Source: Octopus sinensis
Lineage: Eukaryota
Length of the DNA: 64,000 nucleotides
Direction: 5' to 3'
NCBI RefSeq assembly: GCF_006345805.1
Contig: NC_043019.1
Coordinates: 27,651,360-27,715,359 of the forward strand
Under the pieces are notes generated by a model. It had not been told where the DNA came from and did no database searches. It worked only from the letters and a program-made list of their open reading frames with translations. The translations under genes and the position numbers were made by a program. Positions 38,560 to 52,794 of the stretch are shown here, piece after piece. Position 1 is the stretch's first letter. Each line of letters starts with the position of its first letter.

Positions 38560-39530
38560 ACACATACAAACACACACACATTTTCAAAGCATCCTAAAAC
38601 ATCACATCAGACCCTTCAGACAATCCTCTAATACTTATATATTTGCAGACAAAAGAAAGAATTTAAACAAACTAACAGGGCTAACACTCTAAACTCTTGT
38701 CAGATACCTTCACCAAAATGTAGTAACTCAACTACATAAAACACCATAAATATAAAAGCAAAAAAGAAAAAAAAACTCACTCCCAACTTAAAAAATAAGT
38801 TATGTAGAATGCCTTGCTATGTGATCATTCTACATTACTCTTAAGGATCAAAAAATAAATTTCTGCTTGAACAATGGGTACAGATTAATAACCACCCCAA
38901 GAGTAAATTGAGTTTAGTTAGTAAGTGTATTCTTGATGCATTCAACCATAAGATAATAAATTCTAGGAGATCCATGCAATAGAAATACAACATTCTCATT
39001 ATCAGGTGATTCGATAGTTTTGAGAAACGAAATCCTATGTAGATTTACCCAATTTGATAAGAGTGGGTTTGTACACATCTGTACCTAAATCACTCCTCTG
39101 AAAGACTTAGAATTCAGGAGACCATTAACCACTCTGATTCCTGGATTTTATTAGAAGTTAAGAAGTTACTCATATATTGATGATTCTTACTGGTTGAAAA
39201 GAAGGGTGATGTTTTGTCTAGGTTACAGTGAAACAGAAGTATCCAGAGTTATGAGATTTTTTCCTCTTGGGCACTGTTAACATACTTAGAGGTCTGGGAC
39301 TGATAGAGGCAGTGGCTTAGCAATTTCTTACAATATGATGGGTTACTCATGTCTGGATACCACAACCTAAGTCAGACACCCAGTCAAACCCCAGCCTAAC
39401 ATCCTACTTATAATCCTTAAATTACCCACTTTTGAAAAGTATTTTGTTGAGGTGATAATATATCGGGCAGGTATAAAACTTGTGAATATCATTGGGAGAA
39501 ATTATGCAGGACTTACCTCAAACACTTTTA
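38560..39530 (+). mobile_element. Heavily degenerate Penelope-like RT remnant
   Basis: Fragments YRLI..HPKSKLSLVSKCILDAFN, FTQFD...YTSV...LL and GL.RGSGLA (cf. GLYRDDGLA); many stops and shifts. Confidence 0.55.
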
Positions 39531-39595
39531 AAATACAACCAACATACACACTCATTTAGATTGAGGGAGAGAGAATTTTACCTCTATGATTTATA

Positions 39596-40629
39596 TCTTT
39601 ATATATATAAAACTGAGAATGTGTGTCTGTCTGTGTGTTTCCCTAAAACTTGAGAACTATACAACCAATTTCATTCAAATTTTACACATGCCTTACTTAG
39701 GGTCCATGTAGTTTAATGGGCAAAAAAAAATGTTCAACTTCTTGCCTAGAGCGAGCCCATAGCAATATCATATCTTCTCCACTATTTCAGTATTACGTGT
39801 TAAAAGTGAAACAAAAACATTTCTCTATTTTATGTCAGATACTTTCACTTTAACAATAAAAATAATAATAACAATTGAATTATATGTAGTAAGTAATAAT
39901 TAAAATCAAACTAAAGTATAATATAATCGTAACATAACAAAAGTAAAAATAGCAATTGGTATAAAATTGCATCATTGACTTGAACTTGAATAAGTGGTTT
40001 CACATGAATGGGAATAAATTAAAAATAAAATTAGCGTGCAGAAATAGAATAGTCCAGATGGATAATAAAAAATTAAATTAAAGAAAAGACTATTGTCTAT
40101 AAAGTATACAATGTAGAGAAAAAAGAAGATTTGAACACATGGAGGAAAGCACCATCAAAAAGTGTCTTGGTGCGACTATGAAAGATATCTAATCAGAGGC
40201 GGTAAATTCGCCGCAATAGAAGCAAGGTTTGAGTCAACGGAGCGTGCAAAGGAGTACTCGACTCGAACTTGCAAAGTGGAAATATTTTATTTTTACCTTT
40301 ATATCTGGGATGTAGGACGTCCCGGAAAAAAATTTAAAATGCCCCCCCCCCCCCCGAAGTAGAGGTAGGCTGGACTGTAGCCACACTTCTATACAAGAGG
40401 GAGGACAAGATACAATTGATCGAAATTACAAGAGACGGGCTAACAATTCCAGTCTGTTATATATTTTGAGTATTGTTATCACTAGCGATATCAAGATATA
40501 ACTTTGTATTTTGTATTTTATGTGTAGATGTATATATATATAGATGTACATGTAATATGTTCACATATATATACACATATATACATGCACTAACACTATG
40601 ACCCGGCAACGACAGGTCTTTAATGCTAG
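39596..40629 (+). mobile_element. Non-autonomous Helitron, 1034 bp
   Basis: A|TCTTTATATATATAAAA 5' end; subterminal GC hairpin acccggcaacgacaggt; CTAG|T 3' end; inserted between A and T with no TSD. Confidence 0.8.
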
Positions 40630-41018
40630 TATATATATATAAATTGCAGAATCTGAAGCACATGTCCAAACTAACGCATTCTCCTTTCCTGCATGCCACA
40701 TTTAATTTCTCTTATGCTCATGTCAGCAAAACTGAGTGCTAGAAGTGTTGTGTCCCACCCACATGCAACAATAAGCTTTTCACACACCCTATCCCAAGAA
40801 ACTGAACTATATCTCTTCTTCTAAACTGCATCTTTTCACATTTCCTCTTCATACATTGAAGTTGCAATTCCTAGTTCCACCAATGTATGCTAGATAGATA
40901 AACATATATTTGGCATTAAGATAAATACATTGATAAAGACATATACTAACATATGGAAAGAAAGATATATTATTAAATATCAACAAGTTGAACAATGTAG
41001 AAATAAGATACTACTTAC

Positions 41019-41132
41019 TGCATCCGTCTTCATCAGAACCATCTGCGCAGTCTTTAACGTTGTCGCAAAATTGGTATTTTGGTATACAAACATCATCTTT
41101 TGAACATTTCTTGAGATCGGCATTGGAACAAA
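41019..41132 (-). CDS. Exon 5: LDLa1
   Basis: aacAG|...|GTAAGT, phase 1-1, 114 nt; CSNADLKKCSKDDVCIPKYQFCDNVKDCADGSDEDGC (6 Cys, SDE). Confidence 0.95.
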
Positions 41133-41394
41133 CTGTTTTTAAAGAAACAGTGGATACAGAAATATATTTATAAATTATCAACAGAATATGGATAAGAATA
41201 AATAGAGCCACTGATATATATATACTCACACATATATACACACACACATACTTATATATATATAACGTACTGATCCATGATAGAAAATTCACCAAAAAAA
41301 GTTCTCCATCTGGTGAGAGATAAATATTATTTATTTAAAGCTCATGATACATGTGTTAAAGCACTTCTAATAGTTTCATATATTATTTTATTCT

Positions 41395-41570
41395 TTAGTT
41401 GAGCAAATCGGCCCCAAGACTTAGTCTTTGTAAGCCTAGTACTTATACTGTCAGTCTCTTTTACCAAACTGCTAAGTTACAGGGATGTAAACACAGCAAC
41501 ATTGGTTGTCACATGACTATGTGTGTGTGTGTGGGGGGGGGGACAAACATAAACACACCAACACACACAC

Positions 41571-41647
<77 letters not shown>

Positions 41648-42020
41648 GTGTAGGAAGAAATGGAGCTGAACGAAGATTTAACAAAATTCCTTTTTATTAT
41701 TTTCTACATATGTTTTAAAGGCTGCAAAGTCCCTAATTCGGATTGAATAAGGAGACCATTTTGTAGCCTTCTCTTCAGGAAAATCCAGGAACTTAATTCT
41801 CCAACAAAATGCACAGCAAGCTTTTCGACAAACGCTCACGAGGAGCCCATGGGATAAATGGCACAAAAATATATAAAACTTCAAATTTACGCACTAAGGC
41901 ACGGGTTTGAGACCCCATGGTCATAACCTCAACCGTGATTTTTCTGTTGTGATTTTTGCTACCCAGGTATCGGTTATCATTTGAATAATCCGTAACAAGT
42001 TAATTCATTTATCCATTTCA

Positions 42021-42061
<41 letters not shown>

Positions 42062-42223
42062 ATAGACTTCTTTCAGTTTCCGTCTACTAAATCCACTCAC
42101 AAGGCTTTGGTCAGCCTGAAGCTATAGTAGAAGACACTTGCCCAAGGTGCCACACAGTGGGACTGAACCTAGAATCATGTGGTTGGTAAGTAAGTAACTT
42201 ACCAGTCAGCCATTTCTGTGCCT
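41395..42223 (-). mobile_element. SINE family A split at its internal (TA)n by about 400 bp of other sequence
   Basis: 3' half at 41395-41560, 5' half at 42055-42223. Confidence 0.65.
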
Positions 42224-42528
42224 GTATATTGAGAAAACTCAAACATATCCTTCAGACGCAAACCACATATCATATCGTTATGATATGTGGTTTATGCCTG
42301 AAGAATATGAAGCTACTAGTAGCACTTTAATACATGTATTATGACCTTTAGATAAATAATATATGTGTGTGTATGTATCTATATTCCCTCTGCTAGATAC
42401 TTCAAATTATGACAGTAAATTTGTCAGGTGTTCACTGATAAGACCAAATAAATAATGTTTGTAATCAGAATCTACATGCATACACATGCACACATACACA
42501 TACATACACACTTCTACACACATATATT

Positions 42529-42910
42529 GGAAGCACTCCGTCGGTTACGACGATGAGGGTTCCGGTTGATCCGAATCAACGGAACAGCCTGCTCGTGAAA
42601 TTAACGTGTAAGTGGCTGAGCACTCCACAGACACGTGTGCCCTTAACGTAGTTCTCGGGGATATTCAGCGTGACACAGAGAGTGACAAGGCCGGCTCTTT
42701 GAAATACAGGTACAACAGAAACAGGAAGTAAGAGTGAGAGAAAGTTGTGGTGAAAGAGTACAGCAGGGATCACCACCATCCCCTGCCAGAGCCTCGTGGA
42801 GCTTTAGGTGTTTTCGCTCAATAAGCACTCACAATGCCCGGTCTGGGAATCGAAACCGCGATCCTATGACCGCGAGTCCGCTGCCCTAACCACTGGGCCA
42901 TTGCGCCTCC
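42529..42910 (-). mobile_element. tRNA-derived SINE family D, full length, CpG-intact
   Basis: ggaggcgcaatggcccagtggttagggcagcgg...gtttcgattccc head; tail shared with the family C copy at 639-819. Confidence 0.85.
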
Positions 42911-45294
42911 ACACACATATATACATACACTCTCTCATATACATATAGAAATAAACACATAGAAACACTAACACATTTATAAAAATATACATGTATACAA
43001 ATCCATACCTGTGAAACTACATAGATATATTACATACACTGCATAATTAAATATGGCTTTATATCTATATTGAGAGTTATGATGTAGGAGTTGAGAGCCC
43101 TAAAAGCATCTTGGTTGCATCTACAATACGTACCTCTGCTTATTGAACTGAAAAATGTGTCTGTACATATAAAGGAATTATAAATGTGACAAGCCTGTGT
43201 GTATAAAATTAATGTGATGTAACATTATGGGATATAGATGTTAGGGGTGGAGTGCAGGTGGTTGTGAAAAAATACAGTGAGTACAATGAGGAGTATATAT
43301 AAGAAGTACAATGGAGTTATATATATAAACACATGAAGTATAATAAGAGTACATGTTATAACTCTGTTGAAAATCAATGAATTTGAAAAAAAAATATGCA
43401 GCATAAAATTTACTTTATGTACACGAGAAGAAAACCTGTAAAGGTACAAGATAGGATTTAAAGCAGGGAGCCAAAAGCAAATAAATGAAAAGGCAGAAAA
43501 GCATAGGCAGAGGGTAAATATCATGTGAGTAATATAGGGAAACTGTAAGTGCTGATAAGCCATGGGCTCCAGAGTTATTTAAAAAATGTGAACATGTACA
43601 GTATCATATAGTGAGTAACTTAAAAGAATTGTAGAATGAATTTTCTTTAGTGTGAGTAATCAATTCTTATTTAGAATTTAGTGTGAGAAATCAATTCTCA
43701 TTTAGAATTTTAAATTGTGGGGACAATCAAAGAAGGCAACTTGTGGACATTGATAGAGGCAGAATCAAAATTTAATCCTCAACCAGTCGATTTTGTAGTT
43801 TCAGATAAGCACATATGCATATGAGAATACTTGATTTTGCATTTGGACCCTGTAACATTGCTAATTTACTGGGTTTTTTTATATAGATAACAAATATGTC
43901 AAATCTCATCACTACTTTTTTGTCTCCACCACATCTGTATAAAATTTTTTAATATATTTTTTACAAACTTTTATATATGTTTGTATGTACACCTGATTAT
44001 ACCGTGAGTTGGTTGAACAATAACGGGAGGCAATATACCTTCCTGCGGAGATAAATATCAGAGGATCTGTTGGAACTAGGATTGACTCAATGTTCTGGAG
44101 TCTTGGACAAGCTGTGATGAGACAAAAGAAGTCAGAAAATTGCTGGAAGCTGCTGTGAAAGCAAACCATTAAATCAGGCTCATGAGAGAGGTTGTGTGTT
44201 ACGGCAAGAATGAGCACTTTGGAAAGTGGAAACATCTCAGCCCAGAGTTGCAATATCTGACTCAACAAAACCTGTGTTGCTGTGTGGGAGTTTCTGGAGA
44301 GTTCTGGTGTTGCAATGGAAGGGATTAAAACACCCTGATGAGATATCAATTTCTGTATTTGGAGACTGAGTACTGCTGCTCCCTTCCACACATGAGTGTT
44401 TTATCCTAAATGGAAAAATGTTTATGTAGATATGTGGAGGTGTGTGGCCTAGTAGTTAGGCTGTTGCATTCTTGATTGCTAGTTCATGGGTTCAATTCCC
44501 TGACTCGGTTGCATATTGTGTTCTTGAGCAAATCTCTTCATTTCATTTTGCTTCAGCCCCACTTTGATCAGGGTGTATTGTTGACCTACTCACCTAACCA
44601 GTGGGATGGTGTCATTTGAAGGCTAAACAGTACAAAAACACATTGTGACCAGCGATGTGTAACAACATCTGATAGTCTAGTCGGTCTGGTGATCATGTGA
44701 TATGTATGTATGTGCATCCAAATATGCACATGTGTTCTAGCATGTGTGTGTCTGTGTGTTTGTGTATTCATGTGTATCTTTATATTTTTATGTGCATACA
44801 AGTATGAACATATATATGAGTGCATATGTCTGACTGTACTTTTATTTTTATCCATATATGGGTGCATATTCTTATAAGTGCAATTATGCTTTTGAATTTC
44901 ATAATACTTTATATTCTGTTATTCTTATTTAGCCTTCTGCTTTAGTTAATGAATAGATTTTGAAATTTATGAATTACCATGTGACTCTCCAATAATAATA
45001 ACTTTTAATTTGAAGATTTCTGAATACATTGCAATTCAACTCTATATAAAGAGTGAATTCAAGATTTTTTAGTTTAAAATAATAAGTACAATGAACAAAA
45101 GTTTAGGCCCTTGAGTTACATTTGTAACTTTACAGCTTAATATAAAAAAGTGTATATATTTTTATGCATAGTTTCCATCTCATATTTGTTCCACAAAACA
45201 TGCAATCACACACACACGTGGGTGCATGTGTGTGTGAATGTGAATGTAGGTATACATTTGAGTGTGAATGTGTAAATATGTAAAATATAACTGT

Positions 45295-45362
<68 letters not shown>

Positions 45363-46362
45363 TCACTTCACCCTTCCCCTCTCATCCTTATTACTCTAGC
45401 TTTGCTCATCTTGGAGAATACACAGAAAGGCCTTCATCAGACCTGTATATACCCCATACACTCAATCTATATTCTCCCCATCCTAGCCATTTGTATCTCT
45501 CATGCATTCTCATCATTTATCTATCTCATGCTATCCATCACTCTCTCACTCATATTCCCTCTTGTTTTTAGTGCAATAATAAAATAACAAAAAGTAGGCT
45601 CTGTTAAGGGAAGGGTTGTGTTAGTTTAGAAAAGAGAAAAATGTGCATTCAATACAAGTAGAAAAGCAAAGTTATCTCTCTGTTTGTCTGTCTATCTCCA
45701 CACACACACACACACAGATAGGCAGACAGACACGTAAACACATAGATGCACAAGCAGGCAGGCAGGCAGACAGACAGCGACAAAAACAGACAGACAGACA
45801 GATCATTGGATTATTGTGTAAATGTTAGTACGAAGATGAGTTAAAAACAATATTAATTACTAAAAGTAGGAAAGTAGAGTTACATAATTTTTTGGAAACT
45901 GATTTTTGACAGTTTCAATTTACAATAAATCATATTACTGATAAGAATAATTTTCAGTTGCCAAGAAGAATGAGAGGAATAAAAACAGAGATCTTCCTTT
46001 TCTGCTGAGTCTTCAGCAACTTCTTTCTTCAAGGACAATTTAGATAAAAAAAAAGAGAGTAGTGAGTGAGATGCTACCTCCCAGAAAAGAGTGTCAAGTA
46101 TGGCCTAAATGACTGACTTCTACTCTCATCCTGTGCATGCAGACAGGAGAATATAATCAGAAAGACAGTCTTATGAAATGTAGGGCTCTCTGACTGGCCC
46201 TGGGACATTTTATTTCATTTCATTTTCATTCTTGTTATTTTCTGGGCCTGCCTTCTAATACTTAATTCTATGGAAGCCCACATCATTTTCTGACTTACCA
46301 TTTTAATGTTCCCTTACTCCTCTTCCTAATGATAAATAAAGACGTAATTATTAATAAAATAA

Positions 46363-46369
<7 letters not shown>

Positions 46370-46417
<48 letters not shown>

Positions 46418-46865
46418 GAGTGAAAGAGCAGCACACTCCATCAAAGTGACTCTGGGCTGCAAATATACGAAGCTCAATATACCAATCATGACTACCCATC
46501 TGATAAGGGTACACATACATCATAATCATATGTGCTTAACTTGGTGTCCTCATATCAAGATAAACAATGCATGACCTTGCAGATGGGGCCCAGTTAGAAT
46601 TTTCTTCAAGTCAAGTAGCCCATACCACTTAAAAGGTGCATGAATAAGGATTGTTTAAGAATGATGAATTAAATACCCATATTCCCAGGGGTAAATTAGT
46701 CAAACCACAAAGAATCCTTCTCAACACAAGATTATGATGCTCCCTCACTACTCCTGTTCATGATCAGAGATTTGCATATCATCAAGCACCAAGGGACATG
46801 CTCAACTGGTTAAGGTCAAACAATTGACAAGCAAATTTGTGATATTAAGCAGAATATTTGCTGTA
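46370..46865 (-). mobile_element. Probable retroposon 3' end with (TAA)n tail
   Basis: Non-coding body ending at a long (TTA)n tract; family not identified. Confidence 0.4.
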
Positions 46866-48780
46866 GACAAAACATGTACATGATAACACTTCCAATCAGT
46901 ATAGTCATTGTTATTATTAATATTCTCCCTTATTTATTACTACCTGACATTGTCTCTTGCTCCTGTTTTCATCTGGCTGAGCTGAAGTGCCAGCTGCCAA
47001 CACCCTTTGTAAGGAGGGTTCAATGCAACAAGTCATGGATTGAGACTGTGCAAACAGTAGACATTCCAGGAATAGTTTTAAAGGTATGGTCACTATTTGA
47101 AAAAATGTATTTTTCTACATTAAATCGTTTTGATGAACCTGCTATTCACAGTTCTCTATTGTGTATTATAAGTTGAGGCACAAAAAGGTAAACACAGATG
47201 AAAACTTTACATTCTACAGAGAGTAAGTGGCAAGCAAGGGTGACAAAGTTCCCAATGAGTCTGTGAATTTCATTAGAAATCAAAAGAATAAGTTTCTCCA
47301 GAGAATGGATAGGTTGGTCAGTTTATCATTGTGTGAATACTTTTCAGATATTCTCATGATGATAAAACCATTCTACTTGCCTTCATTCAGTATTTGAGCA
47401 TTGTTGATGAGTGAGAGTGAGAGAATGATTTCCTTGAATGGGCCTACACTCAGCAGGCTGCAGAATTTCCATAATTTGAACAAAAGTTAGCTGAGAAAAA
47501 ATAACTAAGAATGGCAAGTCGCATGTATTTGAATAACATAGGCAAACACAAGTATATCAAATACCATACTACATAAATTCTTAAGTTATTAAAACTATTT
47601 CTGCCAGTAGAGGATGTATTATAATTACTAAATGGCAATTAAGACCAGCTCCACATGAAAAGGGGAGATAATACTAAGATATATGAATTCTCCAAAGTTG
47701 ACATGCTATTAACCCTTTCGTTACCAACCCGGCTGAAACCGCCTCTGGCTCTGTAGTAAAATGTCTTGTTTTCATAAATTTTGAATTAAAATTTTCCAGC
47801 AACCCTTAGTCACAATTTATATTCCTAACACTAGCTTAATGATAACTAAGTTATTTTACTAAATTCTTTGTTATATTTAAAGTAAATGAAAGAAACACAG
47901 AGCATCTCAAAATAAAAGGGTTAAGGAAAAGGAGGGACTTATCGTTTGCAGATAAGAGAACAGTTATGGGTACATGTTTCAGCCTCAATAGCTGTCAACC
48001 ATATAACAATTGTCTGACTTTATCCCCAGTCACCAAAGGACTTAGACTGATACAGAAGCAAGTTGGACATATCTATGGTTTAGATCATTTGCATTATTTA
48101 AACAAAAATGAGCTAAGACAAATAATTCAGACTGGCCAGTGTAATGTATTTGGACAACATAGACATATACAGGTAGTGTGCAAAAGAGAAGACTGTGCTG
48201 GTATGGTCATGTGTAGTGTATGGATGAGGCTAACTGCATAAAGAAGTGCTGATTACTAATTGTGGAGGGAACTTGTGGAAGAGATAGACCCAGGAAGACA
48301 CTGGATGAAGTGATGAGAAATGACAAGAGACCAAGACTTCCGACAATTTGCTGTGCTTTAGAAGACACATCAAGCTAAGTAAAATCCTAGCCATCCATAC
48401 AGATATACAGACATATCCTTTATGGGCTAGTGCCCCCCCCCCCATACACACACAATCTGCCCTTCTGCACAACCCATTTTCCCAACACCTCACCCCTTCT
48501 CAGTAGCCACTGCAGGCCCTTTCACTCTTCCTCACATGCCTATCTGCACACTTCTATGCCCTCACATATCTACCATACCCCCATCTCAGCCACTCCAATT
48601 TCTCTCACCACCACTTGCTACAGTCACTTCTTCCCACCTCTCCTCACACTCTTAAGAAACATCCTCCCTATCCCCTCTATACCACTTATATTCACCCCAC
48701 TGTACCTTTAGGGTAGGTCTTGATGTATCTCCAACATCTGTATTGCTCTTACTCAGTCTATCTTGTCTTTCACTCAAACT

Positions 48781-49186
48781 TGTAACAGGATCTGGAATCG
48801 GTATCACTGAAGGGGTGTCCGATCCGATCCCATCACATTCAATTTAGTTAGATATAACAGACGAAGTCAGGTTATCTGGGAAAGACAGCAAATTGTTGTT
48901 TATTACTCGTGATAGTGCGTGTATTTTCTGAGGGGAAACGACAGCCAAATCTTTGTACGGCTTCTTGTTGGTTGATTGAAGTGATTCGATGTGGTCCGTT
49001 GCTAAGCCGGTGTAGAGTTCTCAGAGACTACCAAATGCACGTCTGTTCACGAGGGCTGAAAGCGCCAGAGAGAGTGAATGAGTGGACTGTGCCTTAGGGG
49101 TCAGTTTCCCGCACATGTGCATGGGGAAGACTTCCGGTGGCCACCCGGAAGTAGTCCCATTCTGCGCATGCGTGCTGAACCTTACA
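48781..49186 (-). mobile_element. Solo LTR (about 406 bp)
   Basis: TGTAA...TTACA inverted termini; minus-strand AATAAA at 48899-48904; CpG-rich relative to flanks; no clean TSD. Confidence 0.65.
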
Positions 49187-49645
49187 CAGTAGCATCACTA
49201 CAAACTCTATTATTCCACTGTCTCCTTTCTTTTCCTACCAGGATAGCCAAGTATCTTCTCTATAGTAAGATACCTATCTCTATCCCTCTGTTATACTTTA
49301 ACTTCTCAACTGGTAGAGAGCCATCACCCTCAGTACCACTCTCTCTCCCAGCCAAGAGGTCTTTGTCTTGCAAGTTACTTAATGACATCCCTCTGGTGTT
49401 GGCGCTACATAAAAAGTACCCAGTACACTTTGTAAAGTGGTGTTAAGAAGGGCATCCAGCTATAGAAATCAAGCCAAAGCAGACAACGGAGCCTGGTACA
49501 GCTCTCTGGCTTGTCAGCTTGTGTCAAATTGTCCAACCCATGCAAGCATGGAAGACAGATGTTAAAGGATGAAGATGATGATGATGATGATGATGATGTT
49601 CATTAATATATTAAAATAATATTAGTGTCAGTGTTGTTGTTGTTG

Positions 49646-49698
<53 letters not shown>

Positions 49699-49750
49699 GT
49701 TATTATTATTATTATTATTTTTTTAAAATTTATTATTAATATTGTTGTTG

Positions 49751-49808
<58 letters not shown>

Positions 49809-49885
49809 TGTCACCATTTTTTATGTTGTTAGATTGGTGCAAAAGGTGAGGGTGAAGCACGAGAATAGAAAATATATACACTCAC

Positions 49886-50218
49886 CCAGAGGTTGACAAG
49901 TGTTTGGAATGACCTTCACATCATCAATGGCAAAGAAGGTGTGTGTGACCTTTTGATCATAAGCTTGGACAGAGAACTCAAGGGCAACATTGCCACTCTC
50001 CAAGTTTATCTGCCCAAACCTCCAGTCAGCCCATGTAAAGTTATTAGTACCAAACATATATTCTTCAGTTTTGGAGGAATCATCGTATATAGCTGTGACT
50101 GTTATATTTGTTCCCTCGCCCATTAGTATGAAATACGAGAACTGTAGACAACTTGCGGTTGGGGACAGCATCATTGGGGATCTGATTCTAGATGGCCTTG
50201 TTGTTAGCAGATAGTAGT
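49886..50218 (-). CDS. Exon 4: MAM2 C-terminal half
   Basis: ttccAG|...|GTGAGT, phase 1-1, 333 nt; YYLL...IRSPMMLSPTASCLQFSYFI...W..GQINL...FFAIDDVKVIPNTCQPL. Confidence 0.93.
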
Positions 50219-50394
50219 CTGGAAGAAATAGAATAAAATGACACAATGCCACATGCAAATGTGCTGAACCAAACCCAAACCAAAAAGATGAAGGAAGGCT
50301 AAGAAGATTGGGAATATTTTGCACAGATAATCTGTCTGCTTAAAACTTTCATGAAAGAAATAAATACCATGGCTGATAACGCATCATATATTAC

Positions 50395-50441
<47 letters not shown>

Positions 50442-50456
<15 letters not shown>

Positions 50457-50596
50457 TTAGAGACAAAACCACTATTTTGCAAATCAAACAAGGAAAGACT
50501 TAATCAATACATAAAAAAATTTTTAATGTATTGATTAAGTCTTTCCTTGTTTGATTTGCAAAATAGTGGTTTTGTCTCTAATTAATATTATATAAT
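50442..50596. repeat. Perfect about 70-bp-arm palindrome of a (TA)n-associated repeat family
   Basis: 50442-50512 is the exact reverse complement of 50526-50596; 13-nt A/T spacer. Confidence 0.9.
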
Positions 50597-50673
50597 ATTT
50601 TACTATAAAATTGGATTCAATCCTAAATCTGATTTTTCCCTGTAAATTTGGATTTATTCCCTAATATTTATTA

Positions 50674-50710
<37 letters not shown>

Positions 50711-51033
50711 CATATATCATGTTATTGATAAGACTCTTGGATATTGTTATTCACTGCTGATTACAATGCACTTCGCATTGTTTTAGCTTTTGAATGATGC
50801 CACCCCACTGGTTAGGCAACATGCCCCCTGATCAGAAGGCTAATCCAATGCAGGGTTACCCATTTATAGCTGGGTGGATTGGAGTAACATGAAATGAAGT
50901 GCTTTGCTCTAGAACACAATATGCCACACAGGTTAGGAATCAAACCCTCAATTTAGTGACCATGAATGCAACACCCTAACCACTGGGCCACATGCCTTCA
51001 CAAATATCCATCTATTCATTCATCTATCCATCC

Positions 51034-51078
<45 letters not shown>

Positions 51079-51093
51079 CATACATACATACAT

Positions 51094-51126
<33 letters not shown>

Positions 51127-51237
51127 TACATACATACATACACACACACATACATACATACATACATACATACATACATACATACATACATACATACATA
51201 CTTGCATACATATATAGCTGCTTGGCTGGATGGATAC

Positions 51238-51292
<55 letters not shown>

Positions 51293-52645
51293 CAAACATA
51301 CATATATAAATATATGCATGGCTGGTTGGCTGGATGGATAGATATGCAAATAAATAGATAGATAGATTGATAGATAGAGAGACAGATATTAATATAATAA
51401 GATATATATATATATATCTATATATAGATAGATAGATATATATATATAGATAGATAGATAAATAGATAGATAGATATATATAGATAGATAGATAGATAGA
51501 TAGCATTATTCTTTGTGAATTGCATATTGTGAATACATCATAACTGCAAAATGTAATCTTATAAAATGATACAAGGTGTATTGAGGTGATTGTATTTATT
51601 GTTTTTGAGTACTCTCATTTATAACAACTACACTCATATACACTATACACATATACACATATGAGCATGCACACACACACATACATGAACCATATATTTA
51701 AGTTACAATATATGGATTCAAATAATCTGATAGTACTCATAAAAAAAATCTATTTAATGTATCATCCTGCTAAACATAGAATATATAGTATGTGCATATA
51801 TATATATATATATATACAAAGTATGCAGCCCTTAAAACGGTTTTTGTGCATTTACAGAGAATACCGAACTGTCTTACACAGGATCTTGTTTTTAGGAATT
51901 CCCAATAAGTTATGAATACCCAAATTGTGAAGTCAGTTATGTAATAATATGAAATTAGTTACCTGATAGTAAGAATTCAAATAAAGTAGCCCCAAAAGGG
52001 CTTTAATATATATATCCACAGAGTATATAGTACTTAAGAGGAAATGTTAATAAGGTATGTATACAAAAATCGTGAAGCATGTTACGTAATAACATGCTAA
52101 TCCGGTATGAGATAATAGCAATTCAAAGTAAATAACTCTGAAAAAGGCTTTTGTGTGTTCCCAGAGAATATTACCCTTAGAGGCGCTAGTGTTGGTATAT
52201 TCTTGAATAAGTCACTACCGAATTAAGTGGATCTATTGTTTAGGAAAATACTATTTACTTGTTTAAGCACTGTACTGGATTAATTGCGAAAATAACTCTA
52301 AAGGTTCAAATACTAAGAAATAAGTATACTCAATTTGATTTATACCAAATAATTTACAAAGATGAATGAGTTATTTCCCTTGACTATTTTAAGGATCCCT
52401 TCCAGGAGCAAATGGGTTATATCCATTAAATGAAATATATTACTTATATATAGTAGATATAAGGATCTCTTCCAGGGACCCTATTATCAATTTTTTCAAC
52501 AATCTAAGTATGTCACTAGGTTTCCAGACATGAGTTCTACTCATGTGTCAAGTTTCATAAAAATCGATAAAACGATGTAGGAGGAGTTAGCTAACAAGCC
52601 CGCAAGCAAACACACCCACAGACAGAATTTTCCACATATGTAGTG

Positions 52646-52678
<33 letters not shown>

Positions 52679-52737
52679 GTACGTATGTATGTATGTATGT
52701 ATATATGTATGTATATATATATATTATAGATATGTAT

Positions 52738-52794
<57 letters not shown>

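Noticed and set aside
40650-40780. ACRKGECVSLDMC, resembling an LDLa start
   Set aside because: No DxSDE motif or suitable splice sites; another frame reads IKCGMQERRMR*FGHV, a LINE RT remnant.
43912-44391. 159-aa minus-strand ORF and candidate exon CPRLQNIES...
   Set aside because: No domain motif, and phase 1-2 is incompatible with the neighbouring exons.
46950-47095. Open minus-strand segment TIPLKLFLECLL...RSKRQCQ with AG/GT ends
   Set aside because: No recognisable domain, and the phase-0 donor breaks the frame.
47380-47490. Good acceptor followed by ANFCSNYGNSAAC
   Set aside because: In-frame stop and no donor; exon 4 splices in phase directly to exon 5.
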